DNA of 64,000 nt from a virus, in IMG/VR virus record IMGVR_UViG_3300042545_001167, positions 52,710 to 116,709 of that record; one strand, 5' to 3'. The first letter of the stretch is position 1. Every line of letters begins with the position of its first letter. Of this stretch, positions 28,194 to 38,853 are shown piece by piece. The translations under genes were made by a program, and so were the position numbers. A model generated the notes under the pieces. It had not been told where the DNA came from. It was given only the letters and a program-made list of their open reading frames with translations, and searched no databases.

Positions 28194-29159
28194 TTACTTA
28201 CCGATACGACCAACAGCAATCTTTGCCTTGTTCAAGATAGACCCACTCAAAGGAACATAACCCAAATCATCAGCAAGCATCTGTGCCTTTCCACTTAGAG
28301 CATACTTAAGTGCTGATTGAATGTCACCAGTTTTGGCACCATTACCACTCTTATATGCAAGAACCCAAGTCAGAGTGGAGATTGGATAAGCACCAGCACC
28401 AGAAGGATTAGGATTTTCACCTGCAAGGTTGCTATCTAGAGTAATACTATTCAGAGCAGCAGCACCAGAAGTAGCAGAAGGAAGAACAAACTTACCTGCT
28501 TTGTTTTGAATTGCAGCAGCCTGGAGTTTGTTTACCTTTACAAATCCAGTATTCACATAACCAATAGAACCAGGAGTGTTACGAATGGTTCCTGCAACAC
28601 CTTCATTACCTTTACCACCAACCCCAACTGGCCAAGAAACAGACTTACCAACAGTCTTCCAAGATGCATCAAATGCGTTCAGAGAGTTGGTAAACGCAAA
28701 AGTAGTACCAGAACCATCAGAACGATGAACAACCCGAATAGGACCATTACCACAGTTAGGGAGTTGTTTCCAATCCTTAATCTCACCTTGGAAAATATCA
28801 ACCACTTGCTTCTGTGTCAGTTTCAGAGAGCATCCAGGTTTGTTGTATGCGACAGCAATCGTTCCACCCACCATAGGAATTTGAACGACACCACGCTTCA
28901 CTTGCTTTGCTTCTGATGCTTTGATGGGTTCATCGCTTGCTGCGAAGTCAACTGTGCCCGCAATGAATTGACGAACACCAGCACCAGAACCAACGGACTG
29001 ATAATTAACCCTACTCCCAGAAGTTCGTGCATAATCTTGGAACCATCGTTGATAAATCGGTGCTGGGAAGGTGGCACCAGCACCATTCAAAGCAGGTCCA
29101 GCAAATGCTGCAACAGGAGCAGCAACCAGACCAACAGCAATAAAGTTTTTGAGTTTCAT
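28194..29159 (-). CDS. pstS: Phosphate ABC transporter substrate-binding protein
   Basis: Signal peptide, GAGATFPAP, YQSVGSGAG, RSDGSGTT, YPI. Confidence 0.95.
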   Translation of the reverse strand: MKLKNFIAVGLVAAPVAAFAGPALNGAGATFPAPIYQRWFQDYARTSGSRVNYQSVGSGAGVRQFIAGTVDFAASDEPIKASEAKQVKRGVVQIPMVGGTIAVAYNKPGCSLKLTQKQVVDIFQGEIKDWKQLPNCGNGPIRVVHRSDGSGTTFAFTNSLNAFDASWKTVGKSVSWPVGVGGKGNEGVAGTIRNTPGSIGYVNTGFVKVNKLQAAAIQNKAGKFVLPSATSGAAALNSITLDSNLAGENPNPSGAGAYPISTLTWVLAYKSGNGAKTGDIQSALKYALSGKAQMLADDLGYVPLSGSILNKAKIAVGRIGK

Positions 29160-29199
29160 AAAAAGTGAATAACTTCGTAAGTAATGATACTGGAAGACA

Positions 29200-29228
29200 A
29201 TCGTAAAGTCCACTAAGATTTGGTTAAG
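29200..29228 (-). promoter_or_regulatory. Putative Pho box upstream of pstS
   Basis: CTTAACCA-aat-CTTAGTGG-a-CTTTACGA resembling cyanobacterial PyTTAAPyPy(T/A) repeats; TATCAT -10 at 29184-29189. Confidence 0.55.
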
Positions 29229-29244
29229 GTTTTGATTGCCTAAT

Positions 29245-29271
29245 AAAAAACCACCCCAGAAAGGGGTGGTT
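29245..29271 (-). terminator. Intrinsic terminator after porin
   Basis: AACCACCCC-loop-GGGGTGGTTTTTT. Confidence 0.8.
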
Positions 29272-29294
29272 CTACTCATTTTATGAGTTACTTA

Positions 29295-30797
29295 TCAGAA
29301 CGTGAACTTGGTCTGAATTACACCACCCCAACTAGAGGCATTGTCAACCAGACGTTGGTTGTCACTTGCATAGAAGACTGCAGGAGTGATGCTGATATTG
29401 TCAGACACTTGATACTTGTAGAAGACTTCAAGCATCGTTGCTTTTTCAAGATTAGTTCCTGTAGGAGCTTGACCAATAGCAACACCAGCAGAGTTACCCT
29501 TAGCAAATACATCTGCCCACTGAAGACCAGTGAACCAGGAGTCGCTATTGGTAGCATCGCTAACCGTACCACTTACATTATTCCAACCGTAGGCAGCAGA
29601 GATAGAAGGGACCCAACCAGACTGCTTAGGTTGCCAGTAAGCGTTGATAGCATAACCATTGGAGGTTTGACCAGGAACCAGAGTACCACCAGCACCGTTC
29701 AGACCGTTGTAGGTACGAACACGAGTACCTTCAGTACCATAACGATAACCAAAAGCAATACCGTAGTTAGTACCACGATAACCAATCTGTGCCAGAGTAT
29801 TCAGAGCACCAGATTCATCAAATTCACCTTTAGAAGAATCAGAACCATTCTGAGCAATGTAGTTTACACCAGCAACCAGACCTTGCTTACCTTTTTGCTT
29901 CCACATAGCACCGAAACCAGCACCAGTTGCCTTGTTATAGACACCAGGAGCGCCAGCAACTTGGAAGAAGTCAAGAATCTCAGACTTATAAGCAGTGGGC
30001 ATCCATGCCATCTCAGTGTTACGAACCTTAGCACCAGCAGTTAGAGTAGTGGTGTTATTGAACGCAGGGAACTGATAGTACAGACGATCAATAACTACGT
30101 TATCACCATTAGCACTTGAGAAGTTGTCTGCCTTGTCCAGTTTGAACAGTGAAGAAGAACTGCCGAACGGATCAGAACTGAAGTTAGAAGAACGAAGACG
30201 AGTACGAAGCAGGTCTTGTCCAGTAAACGAGGTATCAAAGTTCAGACGAACATCATAATTGAAAGCAGTTCGTGCGACATCATCAGTTGTAACATCAGTA
30301 GCACTACCTGCCTTAGTGCGGTAATCATCTACACCACCAAGAACAAAGGTTGCTTCACCACGAAGTTTGGTAGTGGTAGAGAATTGTTGTGCTTCTAGTT
30401 GACCAACTTGTGCTTCCAGTTTATCAACACGACCACGAATGACAGCAAGTTCCTGAGCAAATTCTGTTTGAAGACGCTTAAGTTCATCAGTAACTTCAGT
30501 CACACGGTCAAGACAAGCATTCAGAAGTGCTGCTGCTTCATAGCGAGTCATTGCCTTAGTGCCACCATAGGTGCCGTTAGGATAACCAGCTACGCAACCA
30601 TAACGCTCTACGAGGTTGCTGAGTGCCTGATATGCCCAATCGGAAGGTTGAACATCAGAGAATTGAGTGACGCTTGTTGCCTGTTCAGAGGAGTATTGAT
30701 TGACTGCTGCAATATTAAGGTCTGCGGCATTCGCAACAGCAGGAGCAACCATTCCCAGAGCAACAGGTGCAAGCATCAGTTGTTGAAAGAATTTCAT
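29295..30797 (-). CDS. Cyanobacterial outer-membrane porin (SLH domain + beta-barrel, Som type)
   Basis: FSDVQPSDWAYQALSNLVERYGCVAGYP, FSTTTKLRGE, C-terminal TKFTF. Confidence 0.92.
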   Translation of the reverse strand: MKFFQQLMLAPVALGMVAPAVANAADLNIAAVNQYSSEQATSVTQFSDVQPSDWAYQALSNLVERYGCVAGYPNGTYGGTKAMTRYEAAALLNACLDRVTEVTDELKRLQTEFAQELAVIRGRVDKLEAQVGQLEAQQFSTTTKLRGEATFVLGGVDDYRTKAGSATDVTTDDVARTAFNYDVRLNFDTSFTGQDLLRTRLRSSNFSSDPFGSSSSLFKLDKADNFSSANGDNVVIDRLYYQFPAFNNTTTLTAGAKVRNTEMAWMPTAYKSEILDFFQVAGAPGVYNKATGAGFGAMWKQKGKQGLVAGVNYIAQNGSDSSKGEFDESGALNTLAQIGYRGTNYGIAFGYRYGTEGTRVRTYNGLNGAGGTLVPGQTSNGYAINAYWQPKQSGWVPSISAAYGWNNVSGTVSDATNSDSWFTGLQWADVFAKGNSAGVAIGQAPTGTNLEKATMLEVFYKYQVSDNISITPAVFYASDNQRLVDNASSWGGVIQTKFTF

Positions 30798-30890
30798 AAA
30801 TTTGTTTTTGTTTGTACTATAGGACAAATGTTAAGAATTACAACTGAATTCTTAAGTACTTATTTAGTATAGAGGATTTCTTTTTGAATG

Positions 30891-31700
30891 TCAAGGATTT
30901 TGTTGGGCAGCAGAGTTTTCAGTGATGCGACCAAGATAAGGATCATAATTCATATAGTCTCGAATATCAATATTTGCCCCATTCTGTTCCCAGAAATTCG
31001 ATAGTGCCTTGTAGTTGCCTACATGGAAAGCATCAATATGCTCAGGATGAATTGAAGAACCCAATTCAATTCTATAGATTAGAAGTGGAATTGAGTAAGT
31101 ATTCCCAGAATTATAAATCAAATCGTCTGCAACTGGGCGAGGTTTAACTCCATTATCGAGACGATACTTATCACCTTTAACATGATATTTCAGTAATTTT
31201 TCTGCATGATGGCGATTAATCAAATAGCAAGCTGTAGAAAAATCATTCACAAATCTCTTGTGAAGTTTAACATGAATATCTCCAGTGCAAATAATTGCGA
31301 TTTGTACAACATCCCAATCATAAGGAATATGTGCATAGAAATCATCCCAAGTAAAATTCCAATACTTGACAAGATCTAAATTACAATCATCCTCCATAAT
31401 GATTGCATAGGGACTATCAGATGTCTCATACCAATACTTAATTGCTTTTAGGTGAGAAGTGATGCACCCAATCTCACCAGAAGTCATCATCTCAGGATAA
31501 CGACCAACTAAAATATCACTCAAATCATCATCTCTACCATCATATGCAGAGATACGAGTATAGTTTTCAACTTCCCAATATTTAAACTGAGACTCCATAT
31601 ACTCTTTCCTTTCAGGTTGTCCATCAAGGTTTAAGTAATAAATTGGACCTATATTATTGAGTTTGTATGTAGATTTATTTTTATCGTTTAATTCAAACAT
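30891..31700 (-). CDS. Glycosyltransferase family 25
   Basis: YYLNLD...R, GEIGCITSH, IIMEDD. Confidence 0.85.
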   Translation of the reverse strand: MFELNDKNKSTYKLNNIGPIYYLNLDGQPERKEYMESQFKYWEVENYTRISAYDGRDDDLSDILVGRYPEMMTSGEIGCITSHLKAIKYWYETSDSPYAIIMEDDCNLDLVKYWNFTWDDFYAHIPYDWDVVQIAIICTGDIHVKLHKRFVNDFSTACYLINRHHAEKLLKYHVKGDKYRLDNGVKPRPVADDLIYNSGNTYSIPLLIYRIELGSSIHPEHIDAFHVGNYKALSNFWEQNGANIDIRDYMNYDPYLGRITENSAAQQNP

Positions 31701-32409
31701 GATATTTGGAATTATTTTTTGCTAAGTGTACTATCTTTGGTTCAAATTCACAATACTCAGTAAATACTTCAGGATATGCATACTCAGAACCTAAAACATT
31801 TAGATGTTCTTTATTTTCGATGAAGAATTTATTCAAATGACTCTCATCATGCCAAACAGCAATTACATTATTCTTTAAATCAATATTGACTCTCTGCTCA
31901 AGTTCATCAATCATTTCAAGGATATTAGGAACTTTTCCTCCCCAAAGACAACCTTGATAATATACTGATAAATCATCATCCTCAGTTATATGGGCAACTG
32001 AAAGTGGATTAGTCTCAAATGCTCCAGGATATTGATTGTGTGGGGGCATTTGGAGAAAATGGCAAGGATGATGCACACCAAAGAATGATTTTGTAGTATC
32101 AAAAAATTCTTCTTCAGTAATGGTGTCCACAACTAAAGCATCAGCATCAATAAAGACAAACCAATCATTCTTTGCAATTTCTTCCTTTGCCTTTTGAATA
32201 ATCTCAAATCGTTTAAGAGTAACGTAAGGCCAGTCTAGATGTTCTTGCTTATATACCTTTACATCTTCAGGGAAATCACCTTCTCCATCCGTAAAAACTA
32301 AAAAAGTTTTTTCACTGTTAGGCAGAAAATACTCTTGAATATTCTCATAATACTTTGGAAGAAAATTTAAATATTTTCCAGTTCCAATAAAACAAATAGC
32401 AACTTTCAT
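31693..32409 (-). CDS. Glycosyltransferase family 6 (ABO-like alpha-1,3-Gal/GalNAc transferase)
   Basis: FIGTGKY, VFTD, WPYVTLKRF, FIDAD, YYQGCLWGG, AVWHDESHLN. Confidence 0.9.
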   Translation of the reverse strand: MKVAICFIGTGKYLNFLPKYYENIQEYFLPNSEKTFLVFTDGEGDFPEDVKVYKQEHLDWPYVTLKRFEIIQKAKEEIAKNDWFVFIDADALVVDTITEEEFFDTTKSFFGVHHPCHFLQMPPHNQYPGAFETNPLSVAHITEDDDLSVYYQGCLWGGKVPNILEMIDELEQRVNIDLKNNVIAVWHDESHLNKFFIENKEHLNVLGSEYAYPEVFTEYCEFEPKIVHLAKNNSKYHV

Positions 32410-33203
32410 CAAATAACCATCCAAGTTTCAGGAATTAAATCTTTAGTATCTAGGTGCTCATTGTCAGAACCCAAAAACCATCCAGACGGGGCAATAACAT
32501 TATTATTCTTTGCTAACCAAGCACCCCACCAAGAGAATGAGGAATTTGCAATAATATGTCCTGAGCAAAGAGTCATCAAACACAAATCAACATAGTTTGT
32601 ATTTCCCTCAGCAATTAAAAATCTATCACTAGAAAATAACTGCTGCTCATTACACCACTTAGGGTCATCAGAGAAAACAAGAACTGGAACTTCGCTGCCA
32701 AATTGCTCTAGTGCTTTTTGATAATATTCCAATCCAAGTGCAGTATGATTTGGATTTGTAATATAATCAGTTCTGCGAATATGCAAAGCAATTGGAGATT
32801 TATCTAATTGAGATATCATTTCCAAACAAGGAGTTAGAATTTCATCTCTAAATTCAAAGTCTTGTTTAATCTCGTCTTCAATGTGCTTAAAGTATTTCTC
32901 GGACTGAAAAAATCCCTGAATAGAAACCCAATCAGGACATCCATTAAATAACTTTTCGTCAAAAGAAAAACTTCCTTCAGAAATAGTTGGTCTATCCAAA
33001 TCGATGAATTGTACATTTAGTTGAGTAGTATTATTCAACTTAAATGGATTGAATAATTGATGGTCTACCCATTCATTTTGATTTTTTGTGGGGGGAAAAC
33101 AATATTCATACCCCATATTCCTAGCAATACCTTTAAGAGCAGCAAATTGAAACATCTGATTTCCAAGTCTGCCCATCTGCCCTAGTGCATTAAATCCAAT
33201 CAT
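32409..33203 (-). CDS. Glycosyltransferase family 11 (alpha-1,2-fucosyltransferase)
   Basis: GRLGNQMFQ, HIRRTDY, FSDD, IIANSSFSWWGAWL. Confidence 0.92.
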   Translation of the reverse strand: MIGFNALGQMGRLGNQMFQFAALKGIARNMGYEYCFPPTKNQNEWVDHQLFNPFKLNNTTQLNVQFIDLDRPTISEGSFSFDEKLFNGCPDWVSIQGFFQSEKYFKHIEDEIKQDFEFRDEILTPCLEMISQLDKSPIALHIRRTDYITNPNHTALGLEYYQKALEQFGSEVPVLVFSDDPKWCNEQQLFSSDRFLIAEGNTNYVDLCLMTLCSGHIIANSSFSWWGAWLAKNNNVIAPSGWFLGSDNEHLDTKDLIPETWMVI

Positions 33204-33217
33204 TTTATAAATGGCAA

Positions 33218-34165
33218 TTAATTAGTTTGAATTATTGTTTCTACATTTGGAAGATAGTGGGTTTTAATAATATTAACCCAATCAAATTCTCTCGAATACT
33301 CTAAAATTTCCTCACGGTTGTTTATAGAATAATTTCTATTTTCAAGAATTTTTTCTTCAACATATGCAATATCTCCAATCTTACTCTCAGGAATAATTGT
33401 AATAAATTGTTTCGATGCATCCAGATTTGCCTTACCCCATTCAGTAACAACAACACCTAAGCCAGCAGATAATGCCTCCATACAAACAAGAGGATGTGCT
33501 TCACCGTCGCTTAGAAGAACAAGATTACCATAATCAGTTAATTGATCGTGGAGTGTTGGTTTGTTCCACTCACCAAGATAGTTTTTAGAAACATCAAATC
33601 TAGAGTCTGCATTATTACCAGCAAACCACAGACTTTCAATAGATTGGAACATATACTGACGCTTACGATAATCAATCTTAGCAAGATAGATTGAGCGATC
33701 CGAATGTCTTGGAGTATTAGTGTATCTAAATGCCTCACAATTAACACCATTTGGAGTTACAAAAAGTTTCTCCTCAGGAATATTCATCAAGATTTTATAT
33801 ACATTCTTAATTCCTGCAGACAAACAAAAAACATTTGGTCTAATCTGCCCAAATGCATTTGCGATATTTACATATCCACCAAACATTTCAGGTCTTTCAA
33901 GATACCCAAAGTGACTTGTAATTGCCTTTGGGTATTGGATATATGGATAAACTCCAATAAATTCATCATAATGAACATGAACAAAATCTGGTCTAAATGA
34001 ATTTATTTCATTAATAATCTGATTAGGGTCTTTGGTGTTCACTATTTGAACTTCATGACCCAACTTTTTAAGAGCATTTCTTGTATCCCAAACAAGAATT
34101 TCTACTGCACCCCACCCCGTAGGTGGAATTGGCATAATCCCAGGACCAACTAAAGTAATTTTCAT
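33218..34165 (-). CDS. GT-B fold glycosyltransferase (GT4-like)
   Basis: PIPPTGWGAVE, PNGV, EAHPLVCMEALSAGLGVV. Confidence 0.8.
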   Translation of the reverse strand: MKITLVGPGIMPIPPTGWGAVEILVWDTRNALKKLGHEVQIVNTKDPNQIINEINSFRPDFVHVHYDEFIGVYPYIQYPKAITSHFGYLERPEMFGGYVNIANAFGQIRPNVFCLSAGIKNVYKILMNIPEEKLFVTPNGVNCEAFRYTNTPRHSDRSIYLAKIDYRKRQYMFQSIESLWFAGNNADSRFDVSKNYLGEWNKPTLHDQLTDYGNLVLLSDGEAHPLVCMEALSAGLGVVVTEWGKANLDASKQFITIIPESKIGDIAYVEEKILENRNYSINNREEILEYSREFDWVNIIKTHYLPNVETIIQTN

Positions 34166-34971
34166 CTCTTGCCTAACTCCTCAAACAATGCCATATGCTT
34201 ACCATTATGACGCTCAAAAACTTCAAAATCATCTGGATATTGTTTAAGAATATATCCAAGAGCAATTTGCTCATTATTCACAAATCCATCACCAATCATT
34301 TTATTCAAGAAAGTATTTTCAATTTCTGTTGATACTTTTTGAAGTGCATTGGATGTACCACCAAACATAGAACCAAGCACATATGATCTATTATCCAAAA
34401 GATAGCTCTTAGGAAGAATAGATGCATTTGCAAGATCTTTGTAATATTCCATATTCATTTGTATAAGGAATTTATCCCCCATACCCTCCAATGCTTCAAG
34501 AGCATTCTCACTCGGATATTCTAAATCCAAATCATATTGACCAAAGAACCTAGACCCGCCAGCGTCCATCCAAAAGAAAAACTTACTATCAAAAGGATTT
34601 TCTTCAATTGCCTGAGATATCCACTTAAACTTGGAATATTGGACAATAGAATACATTGAGTACTGACATTCAATTCTATCTGGATCAGAAATCTTATTCC
34701 GATATTCTTCAGTAGAAATTAATTCATCTAACTGATCTTTAAGATAATAATAAGGTATCTCCTCAATCTTTTGAGAAATTACTTTGGTGGGAAGATCCCC
34801 TCTTTTTTCTGCAATGAAATCAACAAGATCCTCAGTGACAAACAGGATCATTGGGCATTTTAATTTGAGAGTGATTTCGAACCAGTCAAGATAGTCTTTC
34901 CAGGTTCTACCGTCCATACCTTCTCTTTGAATATTAAAGAGAGAGGAAACTATAACAAAATCTTTATTCAT
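34162..34971 (-). CDS. HtrL/WlaTC-family glycan-modifying protein
   Basis: Y..VQYSK, NPFDSKFFFWMDAG, GSMFGG, NNEQ. Confidence 0.7.
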   Translation of the reverse strand: MNKDFVIVSSLFNIQREGMDGRTWKDYLDWFEITLKLKCPMILFVTEDLVDFIAEKRGDLPTKVISQKIEEIPYYYLKDQLDELISTEEYRNKISDPDRIECQYSMYSIVQYSKFKWISQAIEENPFDSKFFFWMDAGGSRFFGQYDLDLEYPSENALEALEGMGDKFLIQMNMEYYKDLANASILPKSYLLDNRSYVLGSMFGGTSNALQKVSTEIENTFLNKMIGDGFVNNEQIALGYILKQYPDDFEVFERHNGKHMALFEELGKR

Positions 34972-35698
34972 AATAAACTTTAAATTGATGAACTAATGGA
35001 TTGGGTTTTGAGTGCCAGTTTGCGTCTCTATTACACTCTATAATTTCAGGATTAAATGTTTCTTCTTCTCCTACAAGTGCGAATAGAGTTGGGAGTAATA
35101 AATCATGAGCAAACATTGCATAATACTCCATTGATAACCTATCAAGGATTGTTATATCAGATTTTAGCACATTAAGTGCTTTAAGGAAAGTCTTTGTTTC
35201 AAAGATTGCAGGAGTTGCCCCCCAACAATCTATAACTTTCGATTTACCAACTGATGATAAAACTTTTTTAAATCCTTCAGGAAGACCACTATTAATTCTA
35301 GATCCTAATAACTTTACTCCTTTAGGAATAGTAAGTTTTCCTCTCACTAAGGCATCTGGGTCTAACATTAGAATATAATCAGTTTTGCAATATTCTATTG
35401 CTCTTTCCAATCTATCCAAAACTGCGAGAGCACATTTTTTAATTGCTGTCTGATTTTCCTCTTCCCTAAAATTACCAGTTACTTGGTCACCAGTAATTTT
35501 AAATGTAGCAGACATTGTATCCTCTTCTAAAGATACAAATATATTACCATCAGACTCTTTTAAATAAGAAAAATCCAATCCCCCATCAGATACAAGATAG
35601 ATTGGAGAATCTGGATAGTACTTTCTTAATTCAGATAGAGAATATTCTACCGCTTTCTTTTCGGTATAACAACTATAAAAAAATCCAAGACTACTCAT
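34964..35698 (-). CDS. Putative GT-A glycosyltransferase
   Basis: IYLVSDGG, YILMLDPD (DxD). Confidence 0.55.
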   Translation of the reverse strand: MSSLGFFYSCYTEKKAVEYSLSELRKYYPDSPIYLVSDGGLDFSYLKESDGNIFVSLEEDTMSATFKITGDQVTGNFREEENQTAIKKCALAVLDRLERAIEYCKTDYILMLDPDALVRGKLTIPKGVKLLGSRINSGLPEGFKKVLSSVGKSKVIDCWGATPAIFETKTFLKALNVLKSDITILDRLSMEYYAMFAHDLLLPTLFALVGEEETFNPEIIECNRDANWHSKPNPLVHQFKVYYE

Positions 35699-35700
35699 AA

Positions 35701-36666
35701 CTAAAGAATTGATAATAAACTATGTATTCTGTTGATGTAAGTATGATTTTCTTTAACATACTGCATACCTTTTAAAATGAGGTCATAATTTTCTTTGTTA
35801 GAAATTCCGTCATAGAAAAGTTGTTCAGTATCTTGATTATAGATACAATTTCCATCAAGTTCTTCATAGAGTGCTTTTGAATTTGTTAAACCAAGATGTC
35901 CATAACTGATATTCTTAAATAATCTACAAGTTAAAAGACCTTGCTTCAAATGCTGCGGTCCACGAATATCAATACCTAGAAGAGATTTTTTTGCTCTAGT
36001 AATAACTTCCTCAGTGGAAAGTGGATTTGCCCAAGGGTCATTATGCACAAATCCAATATTATTTTCCTGACACGCTTTTATAAAAGGAATAAAGTTGGAA
36101 TAGTTTTCACAAACTCCATGGCCAGAAATTGTACCAGAGTAATATATTACATTTTCTCTTTCTAACCGAATATCATTTTCATTAAACTCGTCAGGAAGAA
36201 GATTGGTTGCCCAACTAATATAAACCTTATCATAATCATCCATTTCATAATCAACATAATCGTTGTTGACTCTTACTTTTCTTGATTGCTTAGGGTCAAA
36301 ATAGCAGGCAGGTCCAAGTTTGATTGCCTTTGTTTTGTCTAAAGAATATTCTTGAATATGATCCTTAAAATTGACAGCAGACATCCTAATATCAACATAC
36401 CTCTCCGCATTTTGATATTTAATCGGAGAAGGGCAATACATTATAAAGTAGCAACTAGTATCATTGATTGGAATATTTTTATCAGCAAACCCCTCTCCAA
36501 TAAACAAAGAATTGCTGTAATCAAAGTCTTCTGGATAATCTCCATCGTGGAACCAATATACATCATATCCAAGATGTTTAAATGCCTTATAGTAAGCATC
36601 ATGAACATATGAATGTGTATGGGAATAAAGAGGATGTCCCCAAATAATCACCTTAGAATACTTCAT
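35701..36666 (-). CDS. Putative glycosyltransferase-like protein
   Basis: C-terminal CRLFK...ENHTYINRI; cluster context. Confidence 0.5.
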   Translation of the reverse strand: MKYSKVIIWGHPLYSHTHSYVHDAYYKAFKHLGYDVYWFHDGDYPEDFDYSNSLFIGEGFADKNIPINDTSCYFIMYCPSPIKYQNAERYVDIRMSAVNFKDHIQEYSLDKTKAIKLGPACYFDPKQSRKVRVNNDYVDYEMDDYDKVYISWATNLLPDEFNENDIRLERENVIYYSGTISGHGVCENYSNFIPFIKACQENNIGFVHNDPWANPLSTEEVITRAKKSLLGIDIRGPQHLKQGLLTCRLFKNISYGHLGLTNSKALYEELDGNCIYNQDTEQLFYDGISNKENYDLILKGMQYVKENHTYINRIHSLLSIL

Positions 36667-37598
36667 TTTAAACTATCATAACAAGTATTTTCAGTAAACC
36701 ACTGATAAGTTTTAACGAGTCCCGAAAGAAGACTATGCTTTGGTTTCCATCCAAGTTCAGACATCTTTGAATAATCTAAGGGACGATTAGGAGTTCCATT
36801 TGGACGGGAAGAATCCCAATTAATTACACCACTATACCCAACAACCGCTGCAACAGTTTCTGCAAGTTCTTTGATACTTACATTATATCCAGAACCAATA
36901 TTAATCAGCTCAGCATTTTCAAATTTATCCATTGCAAACAAACACGCATCTGCAAGGTCATCAGAATAAAGAAATTCCCGCATAGGAGTTCCATCACCCC
37001 AAAAAGTCACATTCTTTCCATTAGAATTATTAAACTTAGTCATCATCGCAGGAATTACATGCCCATTTTCTGGATGGAAATTGTCACCAGGACCATACAG
37101 ATTTGAAGGCATAAGAGATACCGATTTAAATCCATACTGCTTACGATATGCCTGGAGCATTTTAATTCCAGAAATCTTAGCAACAGCATACGCATCATTA
37201 GTAGGTTCAAGGTATCCAGTAAGAAGAGATTCTTCTTTTACAGGAACTTCTGCATACTTAGGATAGATACAAACTGACCCAAGAAACAAAAACTTCTCTA
37301 CACCATATTTCCAAGAACTGTGAATCAAATTAGTTTGTATTTGAATATTCTCGTAGATAAAATCCCCAGAGAATGTATCATTTGCATAGATTCCACCTAC
37401 ACGAGCAGCAGCATCAAAGACATATTCCGGTTTTTCTTTTTCAAAGAAATTCGCAACATCTTGTTGATTGAGAAGATCAAGTTCCTGACGAGTTTTTGTA
37501 ATGATATTCGCATACCCACGATCCTTAAGGGCTCTGACAATAGAGGAACCAACAAGACCTCTATGCCCAGCTACAAATATTTTAGAGTCTTTTTTCAT
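36663..37598 (-). CDS. fcl: GDP-L-fucose synthase
   Basis: AGHRGLVGS, AAARVGGI, FLGSVCIYP, LEPTNDAYAVAK, NLYGP. Confidence 0.95.
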   Translation of the reverse strand: MKKDSKIFVAGHRGLVGSSIVRALKDRGYANIITKTRQELDLLNQQDVANFFEKEKPEYVFDAAARVGGIYANDTFSGDFIYENIQIQTNLIHSSWKYGVEKFLFLGSVCIYPKYAEVPVKEESLLTGYLEPTNDAYAVAKISGIKMLQAYRKQYGFKSVSLMPSNLYGPGDNFHPENGHVIPAMMTKFNNSNGKNVTFWGDGTPMREFLYSDDLADACLFAMDKFENAELINIGSGYNVSIKELAETVAAVVGYSGVINWDSSRPNGTPNRPLDYSKMSELGWKPKHSLLSGLVKTYQWFTENTCYDSLK

Positions 37599-37602
37599 AA
37601 CA

Positions 37603-38853
37603 TCAAGGAATTACAACTTCAGGATTGGGGAGAGGGAACAGTAATTTTTTGCCTTTAAACTTTGGATTGTTGACGAAGAAGTTTTTAAAGTGCCAAGGAA
37701 GAATCACAAAGACATCATACTCATCAATTACAGAATCTTCACTCTTAATAGGAATCCAAGTTCCTGGAGTAAATGATCCATCTTTATCAGGATTAACATC
37801 ACCAACAACTTCAATAAATTTCGAAGTAATTTCCCAAGTTTGAAGAGTTACATTACCCTTAGTGCTTGCTCCAAGAGCAGCAATTTTAAGACCATCTTCT
37901 TTAAACTGGCGAATCAGATTCCAAAATCTAACTTTACACTCATCAATACGGAAAGAAAAATCTTGCCAAGGTTGAGTTGTATCAAGTTTAAGATCAAGTT
38001 CTTCTTGCACCAAATCATTAACTTTAATAGTTGCTTCATCATACTTACTATTCTTATTAGCAACTACAACAGAAATACTTCCACCATTTACATCATTAAA
38101 TTCAAAATCAATAATTTTTAAGTCTGCACTATCCATAATGTATTTTAGTTGCCTCATTCCATAATAGGAAAGATGCTCGTGACATACGGTGTCGAAGGAA
38201 TTGGCACGAATCATCTCTGGCATATAACTCTGCTCAAGAACCCAGATACCTTCATTTGGATCTAGAACTGAATTAACTTCTCTTGCAAATTGACAAGGAT
38301 CTTCCAAGTCATAGAACATTGAGAATGAAGTTACTAGTTTTGCTTTTTCTTCACCGAAGTAAGTTCTATAAGTTTTTTCTGTAAAGAAATCTGCAATGTA
38401 ATCTACATGCTCTTTATAATATTTCGAAAACTTCTTAGCAGTAGGGTCAATGCTAACAAGTTTTAGTTCTGGAGAAAAGAATCCTAGAAATGTTCCGTCA
38501 TTTCCTGCAATGTCAATTACAAGGTCCCTTTTTTTCAAATCAAGGAAATTGACAATCTTTTCATACTTTCCTTGAAGATGCTTCACCATGCTGGCATTTA
38601 GGCCAGAACGGTATCCATATTCTTGCCCATACATTGTAGGCAAGTCAAAGGTATGCTCCAATTGAACATGTCCACAACCACCTGTTGTTTCGTTGCATTT
38701 AACAAGTTTTAGTGGACCCCGATACATTTCAACATCCACAGTCTTAGGGAAAATCCCTGACAAGTATTGATTACCTAAATCCAAAACTGTGACAAGATGC
38801 TCATTGCCACATACTCGACATTTTTCAATTTTATAAAACATATCAGTGCTCAT
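37603..38853 (-). CDS. NDP-sugar C-methyltransferase
   Basis: CRVCG Zn site, [30 protein letters not shown]. Confidence 0.85.
   Translation of the reverse strand: MSTDMFYKIEKCRVCGNEHLVTVLDLGNQYLSGIFPKTVDVEMYRGPLKLVKCNETTGGCGHVQLEHTFDLPTMYGQEYGYRSGLNASMVKHLQGKYEKIVNFLDLKKRDLVIDIAGNDGTFLGFFSPELKLVSIDPTAKKFSKYYKEHVDYIADFFTEKTYRTYFGEEKAKLVTSFSMFYDLEDPCQFAREVNSVLDPNEGIWVLEQSYMPEMIRANSFDTVCHEHLSYYGMRQLKYIMDSADLKIIDFEFNDVNGGSISVVVANKNSKYDEATIKVNDLVQEELDLKLDTTQPWQDFSFRIDECKVRFWNLIRQFKEDGLKIAALGASTKGNVTLQTWEITSKFIEVVGDVNPDKDGSFTPGTWIPIKSEDSVIDEYDVFVILPWHFKNFFVNNPKFKGKKLLFPLPNPEVVIP

Noticed and set aside
29283-30044. 253-aa + strand ORF
   Set aside because: Antisense shadow of the porin, explained by its codon bias; no recognisable motifs
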